Positions 18,326 through 28,954 of a stretch of 64,000 nucleotides of DNA are shown piece by piece. The notes under the pieces are model-generated. The model worked only from the letters and a program-made list of their open reading frames with translations. It did no database searches and was not told where the DNA came from. Made by a program: the position numbers and the translations under genes. The stretch is from contig DMXO01000005.1 in NCBI GenBank assembly GCA_003482855.1, forward strand, positions 99,719 to 163,718. Direction: 5' to 3'. How positions within the stretch are numbered: the first letter of the stretch is position 1; each line of letters opens with the position of its first letter. This DNA is from Candidatus Magasanikiibacteriota bacterium. GTDB taxonomy: Bacteria; Patescibacteriota; Patescibacteriia; Magasanikbacterales; UBA922.

Positions 18326-19528
18326 ATGTTTTTCAGAAGATTTAAAAAAACTGACCACATTGTGGAAGATCATCCACTTGTTCATCATCGGGGGATTTTT
18401 AGACGTCAGATATCTCTATTTGAAGCCGTAGCACTCGTCGTAAGCGGAACGATAGGAGCTGGAGTATTGGGTATTCCCTTTGTAGTAGCAAAGGTAGGTA
18501 TCTCTATAGGTATATTATATATAGTTACGCTTGGTCTTCTTATGATGGGATTAAATTTGCTTATTGGAGAAGTTGCGACCTGCACAAAGCAGGAGTTGCA
18601 GATTGTAGGTCTTGCTCGTGTGTATCTTGGCAGATGGGGAGCATGGTTTATGACAGGCCTTATCTATGTTATGGGCGTCGGTGTGCTCACGGTATATATT
18701 GTTGGAGAGGGCACAGCCCTTTCAGCATTGTTTGGTGGCGATTCATTTACGTGGAGTGTTATATTTTTTGCCATTGGGTCTGTATGTGTGTATGCCGGCT
18801 TGCGTTTGATCAAAATAATGGATTTATTTTTAGGGCTTGGTCTTTTGTTGGTCATTATTGTTATTTCTCTTCTGGGAGTTCCTCATATGTCAGTGGCTCA
18901 TGTAGAGTTTAATAACTTGGCATATTTATTGTTTCCTTATGGAGTTATCCTTTTTTCTCTGAGTAGTACAGGCGTTATCCCAGAAGCTCATGCATTGCTC
19001 AAACGTAAAGATGGATTATTTAAAAAAACGATTGTTATTGCTTCGATTATTTGTATTGTTATTTATAGTTTGTTTGCTTTTGTTGTGGTAGGGGTTACTG
19101 GTTTAGAGACTACGGAAATTGCCACAGTTGGTCTTGGTAGTGTGGTTGGAAATACTATATTTGTACTTGGTAACATATTTGCTGTACTTGCCATGGGGAC
19201 AGGATTTCTCATGAGGGGTATTGCTTTGCGGGATTCTCTGACATGGGATTACAAAGTACATCCAGTTACTGCCTCTCTTGTCGTATGTGTTATTCCTTTT
19301 TTAATTTTTATTGCGGGCCTGCGTAGTTTTATAGGACTCATTGATGTCATTGGTGGGGTATTTGTGAGCATTGATTTATTGTGTATGGTACTTATATACT
19401 GGCGTGCTCGCCAGCAAGGAGTCCTGAATAACAAGAAATATCATATACATCACGCATTGCTCTTGGTACCTGTATTGCTTCTTGCGCTTGCCGTTGGGGC
19501 GGTGTATAGTTTGGTGAAGTTATTTTAG
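18326..19528 (+). CDS. amino acid permease (APC/aromatic amino acid permease-like)
   Basis: 11-12 TM helices; FEAVALVVSGTIGAGVLGIPFVVAKVG is typical of amino-acid transporter N-termini. Confidence 0.6.
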   Translation: MFFRRFKKTDHIVEDHPLVHHRGIFRRQISLFEAVALVVSGTIGAGVLGIPFVVAKVGISIGILYIVTLGLLMMGLNLLIGEVATCTKQELQIVGLARVYLGRWGAWFMTGLIYVMGVGVLTVYIVGEGTALSALFGGDSFTWSVIFFAIGSVCVYAGLRLIKIMDLFLGLGLLLVIIVISLLGVPHMSVAHVEFNNLAYLLFPYGVILFSLSSTGVIPEAHALLKRKDGLFKKTIVIASIICIVIYSLFAFVVVGVTGLETTEIATVGLGSVVGNTIFVLGNIFAVLAMGTGFLMRGIALRDSLTWDYKVHPVTASLVVCVIPFLIFIAGLRSFIGLIDVIGGVFVSIDLLCMVLIYWRARQQGVLNNKKYHIHHALLLVPVLLLALAVGAVYSLVKLF

Positions 19529-19568
19529 TTTATAAAGTTGAAAGTTTGTAAAGTTTTAAATTGTTACA

Positions 19569-20144
19569 TTGTGTATGCAAGAAATAATTAAAAAAGCTAG
19601 GAAATGGGCGTTAGAAGAAACAGAGAGGTATGGTACTCCATATGTCGGACATTTGGATCTAGCTTATGAAGTGGGCCAGAGATTGTCTATTGAATTAGAT
19701 GCAGATAAAGATATGGTAGCGGTAGGAACTTATTTGATGGATATAAAGTTAGGTCAGGCAAAAGCAGAGGGAAAGATTGAAGAACATATTGGGATGTCTG
19801 CAAAGGCGACAACCGAATTTTTAAAACAGTTTGGCATTGTTGAAGATATTAGACAAAATATTGTCAATTGTGTGGAAGCGCATCATGCAACTATCCCGTA
19901 CCAATCGTTGGAAGCAGAGATATGCGCTAACGCAGATTGTTATCGTTTTTTGCACCCTAGAGGATTATTTGGATATTTTATTTTGCACGGAAGCCATAGT
20001 TTAGATTTTGACTCTGGTTTAGAAAAGGCAGAAAATAAACTAGAGGAAAAATGGAATATTTTATCTCTAGATATCTGTAAAAAAGAGTTAGAGCCTTACT
20101 ATAGAATGTTTAAAGAGCTAATTGACAGAGCAAAAGAAAAGTAG
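19569..20144 (+). CDS. putative HD-superfamily hydrolase-like protein
   Basis: Helical protein with His/Asp clusters (GHLDLAY, EAHHATIP, CANADCYRF). The assignment is weak. Confidence 0.3.
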   Translation: MCMQEIIKKARKWALEETERYGTPYVGHLDLAYEVGQRLSIELDADKDMVAVGTYLMDIKLGQAKAEGKIEEHIGMSAKATTEFLKQFGIVEDIRQNIVNCVEAHHATIPYQSLEAEICANADCYRFLHPRGLFGYFILHGSHSLDFDSGLEKAENKLEEKWNILSLDICKKELEPYYRMFKELIDRAKEK

Positions 20145-20334
20145 TAACATTTTAATGTCACATGTCTCACGTTACATGTTGCATGAGTTCAAGAACATGG
20201 TGTCCGTTGTTGGCCGGTCTGTATCTTGCTTCGGTCGATAGGCAAGATTACTGTTCAACAACGTTCGTTTCCCAGATTGGGAGCGTCTATCTTCTTGAAC
20301 AACTTTAATAAGTTGTTTTTTATTTCTAAAAATT

Positions 20335-21486
20335 ATGTCAAAATATTATTTTACTTCAGAATCAGTTACCGAGGGTCATCCAGACAAAATGTGCGACCAA
20401 ATTTCAGACGCCATTGTAGATGCAATTATCAAAGATGATCCAGACGCACACACAGGCATTGAATGCCTTGCAAAAACAGGTTTCGTCTTGGTGGCAGGGG
20501 AAGTGACGACTTCCACATATGTTGATATGCAAAATCTTGTCCGCAAAACGATTTTGGATATTGGTTATGATAAACCAGAGTACGGTTTTGAAGGGAGTAC
20601 TTGTGGAGTACTCGTAGCTATTTCTGGACAATCGCCAGATATTGCTCAGGGTGTGAATGAAGGTGAAGGATTATACAAAGAACAAGGTGCAGGGGATCAA
20701 GGACTTATGTTTGGGTATGCGACCAATGAAACACCAGAATATATGCCGATGCCGATTATTTATGCGCATAAGCTTACGCGTAAGTTGGCGGAAGTGCGCA
20801 AAAATGGCACACTCAAATATGTTCGTCCAGATGGCAAGTCACAAGTCACCGTTGAATATGAAGATGGTAAGCCAAAACGTATTGACACGGTTGTCATTTC
20901 CACGCAACATTCTGACGACGTTGATTTGGAAACTATTCGCAAAGATATTATAGAATACGTAATTAAGCCAGTCTGTGGTAATCTTGTTGACGAGAATACA
21001 AAATATTTTGTAAATCCAACAGGTCGTTTCGTTATTGGTGGACCAGTAGGGGATGCGGGTTTGACTGGTAGAAAGATTATTGTTGATACCTATGGTGGAC
21101 ACGGGAGCCATGGTGGTGGATGTTTTTCTGGCAAAGATCCAAGCAAAGTTGATCGCAGTGCATCATATTATGCGCGTTATGTCGCAAAAAATATTGTCGC
21201 AGCTGGGCTTGCAGACAAATGTGAAATTCAGGTTGCCTATGCTATTGGGGTTGCAGAACCAGTTAGCATCCTAGTCAATACTAATGGCACAGGTAAAGTA
21301 GAAAATGAAAAAATAGAGCGTGCAGTCCGCGAAGTATTTAATTTCAAACCAAAAGCAATTATTGAACAACTGGATTTGCTTCGTCCTATATACCAAGCTA
21401 CTGCGGCGTATGGACACTTTGGGAGAGATGAATTTCCATGGGAAAAGTTGGACAAAGTTGAGGAGTTAAAAAAAGCTTGTTTATAA
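20335..21486 (+). CDS. metK: S-adenosylmethionine synthetase
   Basis: [26 protein letters not shown] and [16 protein letters not shown]-type motifs; full-length MetK. Confidence 0.95.
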   Translation: MSKYYFTSESVTEGHPDKMCDQISDAIVDAIIKDDPDAHTGIECLAKTGFVLVAGEVTTSTYVDMQNLVRKTILDIGYDKPEYGFEGSTCGVLVAISGQSPDIAQGVNEGEGLYKEQGAGDQGLMFGYATNETPEYMPMPIIYAHKLTRKLAEVRKNGTLKYVRPDGKSQVTVEYEDGKPKRIDTVVISTQHSDDVDLETIRKDIIEYVIKPVCGNLVDENTKYFVNPTGRFVIGGPVGDAGLTGRKIIVDTYGGHGSHGGGCFSGKDPSKVDRSASYYARYVAKNIVAAGLADKCEIQVAYAIGVAEPVSILVNTNGTGKVENEKIERAVREVFNFKPKAIIEQLDLLRPIYQATAAYGHFGRDEFPWEKLDKVEELKKACL

Positions 21487-21495
21487 ACAAAATAG

Positions 21496-21524
21496 AAACC
21501 GTCCAATAATAGGGCGGTTTTTTG
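21496..21524 (+). terminator. rho-independent terminator after metK
   Basis: AAACCGTCC-aataata-GGGCGGTTT followed by TTTG. Confidence 0.65.
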
Positions 21525-21566
21525 TTTATAGAATCTTTTTATTTTTTTTGCTATACTTAGTTTCAT

Positions 21567-22388
21567 ATGTCCGTTATCCAAGCAATCATTTTAGGAACTA
21601 TCCAAGGACTTACTGAATTTCTTCCTGTGTCATCATCTGGTCATCTTATTTTTTTGCCAAAATTATTTGGGTGGAGTGATCAAGGACTTGCATTTGATAC
21701 AGTGATGCATCTGGGGACATTGTTGGCAGTTGTAGTATATTTCAGGAGAAAATTATACGAGATATCCCTGAGTGTTTTTATTTCGAGTAAAAAGTTGAAA
21801 GTAGAAAGTATAAATGACAGAAAATTATTTTGGTTGCTTATCTTAAGTATTATTCCTGCCGCAATTGTTGGCCTTTTGTTTGATAATTGGATAGAAACGA
21901 ATTTGCGTGCGACATGGATTATCGGAGCAAATTTTATTGTGTGGGGAATCATCTTGTTTTTGGCTGACATGTATAGTAAAAAGTTGAAAGTAGAAAGTAG
22001 AAAGCCATTGGAGAAAGTTAATTGGAAAAATTCATTATGTATTGGTTGCGTACAAGCGTTAGCACTAATTCCGGGGACAAGCAGGTCGGGTATTACCATG
22101 ACCGCGGGATTATTTTCAAAATTGGATAAAAAAAGCGCGGCAGAATTTTCTTTTCTCATGAGTGTCCCAATTATTGCGCTTGCCGGTGGTATGCAGTTGC
22201 TAGAGATGTTGCGAAATGGTTTTGAGCAAACAGGTATGTCTGTGTTAGTTGTTGGGTTTATTGCTTCAACAGTGAGCGGTTTAGTTGCCATCTGGGGATT
22301 GATGAAGATAATACAGAAGTGGAGTTTTGTACCATTTGTCATATACCGTATAATCATTGGTGTACTTATCGTACTGTATCTTGTGTGA
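21567..22388 (+). CDS. uppP: undecaprenyl-diphosphatase
   Basis: EFLPVSSSGHL and GTSRSGITMTAG motifs. It carries two in-frame 28-30 nt heptamer-repeat insertions (SKKLKVESI / SKKLKVESRK). Confidence 0.9.
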   Translation: MSVIQAIILGTIQGLTEFLPVSSSGHLIFLPKLFGWSDQGLAFDTVMHLGTLLAVVVYFRRKLYEISLSVFISSKKLKVESINDRKLFWLLILSIIPAAIVGLLFDNWIETNLRATWIIGANFIVWGIILFLADMYSKKLKVESRKPLEKVNWKNSLCIGCVQALALIPGTSRSGITMTAGLFSKLDKKSAAEFSFLMSVPIIALAGGMQLLEMLRNGFEQTGMSVLVVGFIASTVSGLVAIWGLMKIIQKWSFVPFVIYRIIIGVLIVLYLV

Positions 22389-22609
22389 TTGTCGTGAATA
22401 CGGAGTGAACAGTTTTCGTGTCCGGGTTGTGGATAATTTTAGTACTTCTTTTTTTCGTCTTTTAGCATTTTTTTAAAAAATATCCACATGTTGAGACTCA
22501 TTGTCTGCTATAGGATACTTGACAATGAGTTTTTTTTTAATTCTAAGAGCGATATACTTACTTATATAAGATTTTATATACTAATTATTTATTCTTAATT
22601 ATAAATCAT

Positions 22610-23458
22610 ATGGTTAGAAAAATATTTTTTTTGTCACTTTTTTCGTTGGCACTGGTGATTCTGCCATTGTCTGCAGAGGCATATTATTATGATACCCCTT
22701 CATCTGGAGTAAACTATGTGCATGTCACATCATGCCAGCAGGTAGGTGAGCATATCCGCATTAGTCGCAATAATGGCCCTTCCTATATGCTCACTAGTAC
22801 TATCCGAGATGCAGGGCATGGGTTGCGAGATTATACGTTGAATTGTGTAGGAAGTACGCAATATAGAGTTGAGTGGACAAACGTGATACAACCATCGGAC
22901 ACGATACTTCCAAACGTTTCAATAAGTTCCCCCCAGATGACATATACAAGTGGGACAGTCTTTGGTGTGGCTGTAACTGCTAGTGATAATGTAGGAGTCG
23001 CAAGAATTGATCTATATAGAGATGGGATGTTTGTTGATTCTATTTTAAATCAAAGTCAGTTGAATTATTCTCAACTTGCATCATATAGCAACGTGACGTC
23101 TACCCATACATTTTATGCACGTGTGTATGATGCAGCAGGTAATACACGGCAGTCAAATAGCATAACTATATACATAACTCCTTCAGCGGCTACTATACTT
23201 AATATAGGTATGACCGATAGTCAGTATGTTCCTCGCAATATCGTTGTCAAAGCTGGTACGACTATCGTGTGGACAAATAATGGTTCATTACATCATACGG
23301 TGACAGCAGATGCCGGGACATTTACAAGTGGAATTTTACTGCCTGGGCAGACGTATTCAAGAACATTTAACACGGTGGGGACATATCCATATTATTGTGT
23401 ATTTCATGGTGCACCTGCCGGTGTAGGCATGTCTGGTACAGTGACAGTGATATATTAA
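22610..23458 (+). CDS. secreted cupredoxin (plastocyanin/halocyanin-like type-1 copper protein) with N-terminal Ig-like domains
   Basis: It has a signal peptide. The C-terminal domain VKAGTTIVWTNNGSLHHTV...YPYYCVFHGAPAGVGMSGTVTV has the His...Cys-x2-His-x8-Met copper-ligand spacing. Confidence 0.7.
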   Translation: MVRKIFFLSLFSLALVILPLSAEAYYYDTPSSGVNYVHVTSCQQVGEHIRISRNNGPSYMLTSTIRDAGHGLRDYTLNCVGSTQYRVEWTNVIQPSDTILPNVSISSPQMTYTSGTVFGVAVTASDNVGVARIDLYRDGMFVDSILNQSQLNYSQLASYSNVTSTHTFYARVYDAAGNTRQSNSITIYITPSAATILNIGMTDSQYVPRNIVVKAGTTIVWTNNGSLHHTVTADAGTFTSGILLPGQTYSRTFNTVGTYPYYCVFHGAPAGVGMSGTVTVIY

Positions 23459-23579
23459 GTAACAAACTTTTGTGCCAAAAAAAGACCGGATGAAAATAAA
23501 GCCGGTTTTTTGATGTAAGAAAATCATTTCTGTGCTATACTATAATATAGAAAATATATTAATTTAAAAATTTTGAGAC

Positions 23580-24593
23580 ATGAACAACTCGTCACAAAAT
23601 AAAATTCTTGCAGTTCTTGGAGCAGGGAATATGGGCACAGCTGTTGCCCAGGTTTTGGCTGATAATGGTCATGAGGTACGCATATGGAATTGGGAAGGTG
23701 ATCATGTACCATTGAAGCAAATTGAGATGTATCATGAGAACAAAAAATATCTTAAAGGTGTAAAATTATCCAAACGCATTATCCCTAAGTTTCAGATTAA
23801 AGAGGCACTCGAAGATGCGCATATTATATTTCTTATTATCCCTAGTGGTGTTTTGGAACACACTATTTCATTTGCTGCCCGCAGTATTGCACACAACGCT
23901 ATTATTGTGGATGTGTCAAAAGGAATTGAGCCAGAAAGTTTGCGACTCATTCCACATATTATCATGAAGCACGTACGACCAGATCTGAGGAAAAACGTAG
24001 TAACCATTTCTGGCCCCGCAATCGCAGGTCAGATGGTGTCCAAACAATTTACTGCCATGAACATCGCATCAAAGAATACTCGTGCTATTGCTGCCGTGCG
24101 TGATGTAATGGAAAATAATTATATCAGATTGGTGCCAAACAAAGACGTCATCGGAGTGGAGGTCGGTGGTTCATTCAAAAATGTATATAGCATTGCGATA
24201 GGTATGTGTGATGGGTTGGGTTTTGGACTTAATACCAAGGCGGCACTTCTTACGTATGCGCTCAGAGAGATAGCAGATCTCATTGTCGCTATGGGCGGGC
24301 GCAAAAATACAGCATATGAATTGGCAGGTTTGGGAGATCTTATAGGTACATCATTGTGTCCAGACAGTCGTAATCGTACATTTGGTGAATGGCTTGGAAA
24401 AGGGTATACAGGACTCCAAGCGCGTCAAAAAGTACAGCAGACTGTTGAGGGTGTTGATGCGACGCGTTGTCTCATGCGTTTGGTAAGGAAACACCACATA
24501 CACGCCCCTTTTGCCCATGTCATATATCATTGTATAACGAGTAGACATGATCCACGTAGAGCCTTTTTGAATTTTCTTACGGAGTTGGGCTAG
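23580..24593 (+). CDS. gpsA: NAD(P)H-dependent glycerol-3-phosphate dehydrogenase
   Basis: It has the Rossmann motif LAVLGAGNMGTAVAQVL and GpsA-like length and architecture. Confidence 0.85.
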   Translation: MNNSSQNKILAVLGAGNMGTAVAQVLADNGHEVRIWNWEGDHVPLKQIEMYHENKKYLKGVKLSKRIIPKFQIKEALEDAHIIFLIIPSGVLEHTISFAARSIAHNAIIVDVSKGIEPESLRLIPHIIMKHVRPDLRKNVVTISGPAIAGQMVSKQFTAMNIASKNTRAIAAVRDVMENNYIRLVPNKDVIGVEVGGSFKNVYSIAIGMCDGLGFGLNTKAALLTYALREIADLIVAMGGRKNTAYELAGLGDLIGTSLCPDSRNRTFGEWLGKGYTGLQARQKVQQTVEGVDATRCLMRLVRKHHIHAPFAHVIYHCITSRHDPRRAFLNFLTELG

Positions 24594-24597
24594 TTTT

Positions 24598-24646
24598 TGA
24601 CATGCCTATATTAGTATGGTATGATAAGTATGATAAATCATACTTA
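24598..24646 (+). promoter_or_regulatory. sigma70-like promoter (TTGACA-17-TATGAT) overlapped by a perfect palindrome, AAGTATGAT-aa-ATCATACTT (candidate operator)
   Basis: -35 at 24598-24603, -10 at 24621-24626, palindrome at 24627-24646. It sits just upstream of the AbrB-like gene. Confidence 0.5.
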
Positions 24647-24654
24647 TTTTAAAT

Positions 24655-24870
24655 ATGGATATGCATTCATTAGGTAATTTATATGGGACTACGAGTATTG
24701 GCGAGCGTGGCCAAGTGGTTATCCCCAAGAAAGCGCGTGAAGAATTAGGTTTCAAAAAGGGTGATAACTTTGTAGTAGTAGAAAAGCACGGTATGCTTGT
24801 TTTGGCACCAGCTGAACTACTCAAAAGTTTTATCAATGATGTCACAGAAGAACTTAATAAATTAAAATAA
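24655..24870 (+). CDS. AbrB/MazE/SpoVT-family DNA-binding protein
   Basis: ERGQVVIPKKAREELGFKKGDNFVVVEKHG is the swapped-hairpin barrel motif. Confidence 0.65.
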   Translation: MDMHSLGNLYGTTSIGERGQVVIPKKAREELGFKKGDNFVVVEKHGMLVLAPAELLKSFINDVTEELNKLK

Positions 24871-24877
24871 CATCTTT

Positions 24878-26689
24878 ATGGAACAAGAAACAATAACATC
24901 AAAAAAGAAAAAATGGTATCGGAGGAAATTATTTTATGCGCTCGTTGTGGTTGGACTGCTGGTAGTAAGTATTGTCTATGGAAAGATACGTAGTGCTTAC
25001 AAACAGCCAGTTTATGAAACAACTAAAGTTGAGCGCGGGGTGCTTACACAGACCGTAGACGCCGCAGGGAATGTAGAGTCAGCTGATGAACTGGATTTGA
25101 GATTTGATTCGTCTGGACGTTTGGGGAAAATATACAAAGATACCAATGAACCAGTGAAAGTAGGTGATGTGATAGCGGAGCTTGACTTGGGAGAGCTCAA
25201 TGCGCGTGTAGCTCAGTCAAGTGCAAGTGTTGCAAAGGCAAAAGCAAATTTGGATAAAGTGCTTGCGGGAGAGACAAATGCGTACATTTCAAATTTGAAA
25301 GCAAAACTTGATCAAGCACAGGCAACTCTGAATCAAGTAAAGGCAACAAGCGCAGATACGGTAGCCAATGCACAGGCTGCCCTTGATACTGCACACAATA
25401 ATTTGACTTTATCAGAAGGTGGTGAAAACAGTCAAATTGTACAAGATACATATGATGATATGATAGCCCTGTTATTGTCTATTCAAAATACGTTGTCGGA
25501 TGGTTTGACTTCTGCTGACAATGTAGTTGGTATTGATAATATATTTGCTAATGATGAATTTGAAAGCGTATTGTCAACTCTTGATGGAAATAAATTGAAC
25601 ATGGCAAAAAATAATTACAGTTTTGCAAAAAATAAAAAACAAGAATTCGACAATCAGATTAATACTCTTGGCGCATCTACTCCCCATGATTCCATTGACA
25701 GTACTTCTGACTTGGGACTTACAGCACTTAGTGCTATGAAGGATTTGTTGTTTGCAGTATCAGAAACGCTCAACGTGACTGTACCAATCGGCGATTTAAA
25801 CCAGGCTGAGTTGGACGCACTCAAGACGACTATTACGACAGCTCGTACAAATGTAAACACTAATTACACTTCTCTTATCAACCAAAAACAGGCAATTGAC
25901 ACTGCACAAAACAGTTATGATACGTATGTAGTTGCATACAACAAAGCAGTATCAAATTTGGAGAATGCGCGTACAAAGGCCGAAGCTGATACCATTGCGT
26001 ATCAGGCACTCGTCGATCAAGCACAGGCAGCCTATGATGATGTCGCCAATCCACCACGTACCGAAGATGTTGCAAGCGCTCGTGCCCAATTGTCAGAAGC
26101 ACAGGCTGGTTTGGCTCAGGCCGTTGCTGCACGTAACAAGGGTAGAATAGTAGCCCCCGTTGATGGAGTTGTAGGTAAAGTAAATGGAAAAGTAGGCGAA
26201 TATATTAGTTCACAAGATACGGTAGTAAAACTTGTCAGCCCTCATTTTGAAGTCAAGGTAGATATACCTGAGACTGATATTATCAAGATTGCACTGGGAG
26301 TTGAAGCAGATATTACACTTGATGCATATGGAGACGAAACACATTTTACTGGTCGTGTTAGTCAAATAGAGATAGGTGAGACCGTTATTCAAGATGTTAT
26401 TTATTATACCGTGACAGTATCTTTGGAAGACAAGGACGAGAATCATAAAATTTTGAATGGGATGACAGCCAATGTTGTATTTTACACAGAAGAGAAAGAT
26501 AATGTATTATTTATTCCTCAACGTGTCATACGCACCGAAGAGACAAGGAAATATGTTCGTGTTTTGGAGAATGGAGATATAAAAGAAATTGATATCACCA
26601 CTGGTTTGCGAGGTGATGGAGGATATGTTGAAGTGTTGTCTGGCCTTGTTGAGGGACAAGAAATCGTAGTAGGTGAGTTGGCTGAATAA
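24878..26689 (+). CDS. HlyD/MacA-family periplasmic adaptor (membrane fusion protein) with long coiled-coil
   Basis: It has an N-terminal TM, a lipoyl-like/beta-barrel start (VGDVIAELD) and end (IVAPVDGVVGKVNGKVGEYI), and a long alpha-helical Q/A-rich insert. Confidence 0.7.
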   Translation: MEQETITSKKKKWYRRKLFYALVVVGLLVVSIVYGKIRSAYKQPVYETTKVERGVLTQTVDAAGNVESADELDLRFDSSGRLGKIYKDTNEPVKVGDVIAELDLGELNARVAQSSASVAKAKANLDKVLAGETNAYISNLKAKLDQAQATLNQVKATSADTVANAQAALDTAHNNLTLSEGGENSQIVQDTYDDMIALLLSIQNTLSDGLTSADNVVGIDNIFANDEFESVLSTLDGNKLNMAKNNYSFAKNKKQEFDNQINTLGASTPHDSIDSTSDLGLTALSAMKDLLFAVSETLNVTVPIGDLNQAELDALKTTITTARTNVNTNYTSLINQKQAIDTAQNSYDTYVVAYNKAVSNLENARTKAEADTIAYQALVDQAQAAYDDVANPPRTEDVASARAQLSEAQAGLAQAVAARNKGRIVAPVDGVVGKVNGKVGEYISSQDTVVKLVSPHFEVKVDIPETDIIKIALGVEADITLDAYGDETHFTGRVSQIEIGETVIQDVIYYTVTVSLEDKDENHKILNGMTANVVFYTEEKDNVLFIPQRVIRTEETRKYVRVLENGDIKEIDITTGLRGDGGYVEVLSGLVEGQEIVVGELAE

Positions 26690-26695
26690 CTAAGT

Positions 26696-28147
26696 ATGTT
26701 TGACCATAAGGCGTTATTTAAGATGGTACGCAATGTCGCTTCGCAAGAAGGCGTTGATGTATATACAGTTGGGGGTTACGTGCGTGACCTCCTTCTTGGT
26801 GTACAAACTAAAAAGGATATAGATTTTGTAGTGGTTGGAAGTGGAATTACATTTGCAAAAAAATTTGATGAGATATGGCATACACAGGGGTCATTAGTTG
26901 AGTTTCCAGATTTTGACACAGCGCGTTTTGTGTTTACCAAAGAATTAGAAGACGACACTAAGGAAAAATTATTTGAAATTGAGTTTGCAGGTGCGCGGAG
27001 TGAAACATATGATATAAAATCACGCAAGCCTAAAGTGACAGCAACAAATTTGGAAGATGATTTGAAACGTCGCGATTTTACAGTCAATGCGATGGCGCGC
27101 AGAGTTATTGCAACTGGTCTCAGTAAAAAAATTATAGATCCGTTTCATGGGCAAGACGATGTACAAAATAAGATACTTCGCACTCCACTTGATCCAGACA
27201 TTACATTTAGTGACGATCCATTGCGCATGTTACGTGCAGCCCGTTTTGCATCACAGCTTGGTTTTGCTATAGAAAAAGAGACCTTGTCTGCAATTGAACG
27301 TAATAAGCATCGACTTAAAATTATTTCTGCCGAACGCATTCAAGAAGAATTTTTCAAACTTCTTTCTACTCCTAGACCATCGATTGGATTGTGGATTTTG
27401 TATGAAACGGGGTTACTCCAGGAATTTTTACCAGAAGTATGCGATTTATGGGGAGTGGAAGAATTATATGGGCAAGGTCACAAAAATAATCTTACACACA
27501 CATTTAAGGTCGTAGATAATTTAGCTGAACGCTCTGACAAAGTATTGCTACGTTTTGCTGCATTGATGCACGATATTGGCAAATCGGGTACCAAAAAATT
27601 TATACGTGGCCGAGGTTGGACGTTTGATATGCATGAACATCTGGGGAGAAAAATCGTCCGCCAAGTGAGTAAACGTCTGCACATGAGCAAAGACGACACT
27701 GAGTATGTGGCAAAGTTGGTACGTTGGCATCAACAACCTATTGCGCTTATGGATGAAGGAGTTACCGATAGCCCAGTGCGTCGTCTGATTGTAAATTTGG
27801 AAGATGATTTGGATGATTTGTTACAATTATGTCGCAGTGATATCACGACAGGTAATCCCCAAAAGCTAGGACGGCGTCTTAAAAATTATGATTATTTGGA
27901 AAAACGCATTGCAGAAGTCATAGAAAAGGACAAGCTTCGCGCATTTCAGTCTCCTGTTCGTGGTGAAGAAATTATGAAAGAATGTGGTTTGAAACCTGGC
28001 CCCACAGTTGGTAAAATAAAAAAAGCACTTGAAGATGCAATTTTGGATGGGGTAGTTCCTAATGAATATGAGGCTACAAAGGAGTATTTTTTGAAAATTA
28101 AAGATGATTTTTTGAAAGACACACAGGAGTGGGAGAGACTGAGTTAA
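26696..28147 (+). CDS. cca: CCA-adding tRNA nucleotidyltransferase with HD domain
   Basis: It has VYTVGGYVRDLLLG...DIDFVV (the pol-beta-like GxxRD motif), RLRFAALMHDIGK (HD), and the head-neck-tail architecture. Confidence 0.85.
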   Translation: MFDHKALFKMVRNVASQEGVDVYTVGGYVRDLLLGVQTKKDIDFVVVGSGITFAKKFDEIWHTQGSLVEFPDFDTARFVFTKELEDDTKEKLFEIEFAGARSETYDIKSRKPKVTATNLEDDLKRRDFTVNAMARRVIATGLSKKIIDPFHGQDDVQNKILRTPLDPDITFSDDPLRMLRAARFASQLGFAIEKETLSAIERNKHRLKIISAERIQEEFFKLLSTPRPSIGLWILYETGLLQEFLPEVCDLWGVEELYGQGHKNNLTHTFKVVDNLAERSDKVLLRFAALMHDIGKSGTKKFIRGRGWTFDMHEHLGRKIVRQVSKRLHMSKDDTEYVAKLVRWHQQPIALMDEGVTDSPVRRLIVNLEDDLDDLLQLCRSDITTGNPQKLGRRLKNYDYLEKRIAEVIEKDKLRAFQSPVRGEEIMKECGLKPGPTVGKIKKALEDAILDGVVPNEYEATKEYFLKIKDDFLKDTQEWERLS

Positions 28148-28209
28148 CTAAGCCCTCTAAGCTATTTAATTTTTTAAAATAAGTAAAGAGCGCAGATAAC
28201 TTTTAATGT

Positions 28210-28941
28210 ATGAGTATTACAAAGTTGATACAAGTAGAAAATCTTACTAAACAATACGAAAATGAAGAAGTCGTGACAAAAATTTTGCATGGGCTTACAT
28301 TTGATATCGAAAAAGGTGAGTTTGTCTCTATCATGGGACCTTCTGGTTCTGGAAAGTCAACACTGATGCATATTTTGGGTTTTTTGGACAAACTAAGCAC
28401 AGGGGTATTTTCTTTTGAAGGACGCGATGTAAGTCAGCTCAATGATGACGAATTGGCTGATATGCGTAGTAAAAAAATAGGCTTTGTATTTCAGGCGTTC
28501 AATTTGCTCAATCGTGCAAGCGCACTTGAGAATGTGATGTTGCCTATGTTGTATACTGATGCAACCAAAAAAGAACGTACGAATCGGGCAAAAGAGTTAT
28601 TGACACAGGTTGGACTTGAACATCGTATGGAACATTCACCAAGTCAATTGTCTGGTGGAGAAAAACAGAGAGTGGCAATTGCACGCGCATTGGTCAATAA
28701 TCCACAAGTGATATTTGCTGATGAGCCAACTGGTAACCTTGATTCAAAATCTGGTTTGCAGGTCATGAAAATTTTGCAAGATTTGAATGAGGAAGGAAAT
28801 ACTATTATTCTCGTCACACACGAAAAATATACTGCGGAACATGCAAAAAGAATTTTGAAAATTAGAGATGGGCTGATTGTTGATGATTCATTAGTCACAC
28901 AGCGACAACTCGCTGGTTTAAATGGGGAGCTGACAAAATAG
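28210..28941 (+). CDS. ABC transporter ATP-binding protein (MacB/LolD-like)
   Basis: Walker A GPSGSGKST, signature LSGGEKQRVAIARAL, Walker B IIFADEPTGNLD. Confidence 0.9.
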   Translation: MSITKLIQVENLTKQYENEEVVTKILHGLTFDIEKGEFVSIMGPSGSGKSTLMHILGFLDKLSTGVFSFEGRDVSQLNDDELADMRSKKIGFVFQAFNLLNRASALENVMLPMLYTDATKKERTNRAKELLTQVGLEHRMEHSPSQLSGGEKQRVAIARALVNNPQVIFADEPTGNLDSKSGLQVMKILQDLNEEGNTIILVTHEKYTAEHAKRILKIRDGLIVDDSLVTQRQLAGLNGELTK

Positions 28942-28954
28942 AATTTAATTAGTT

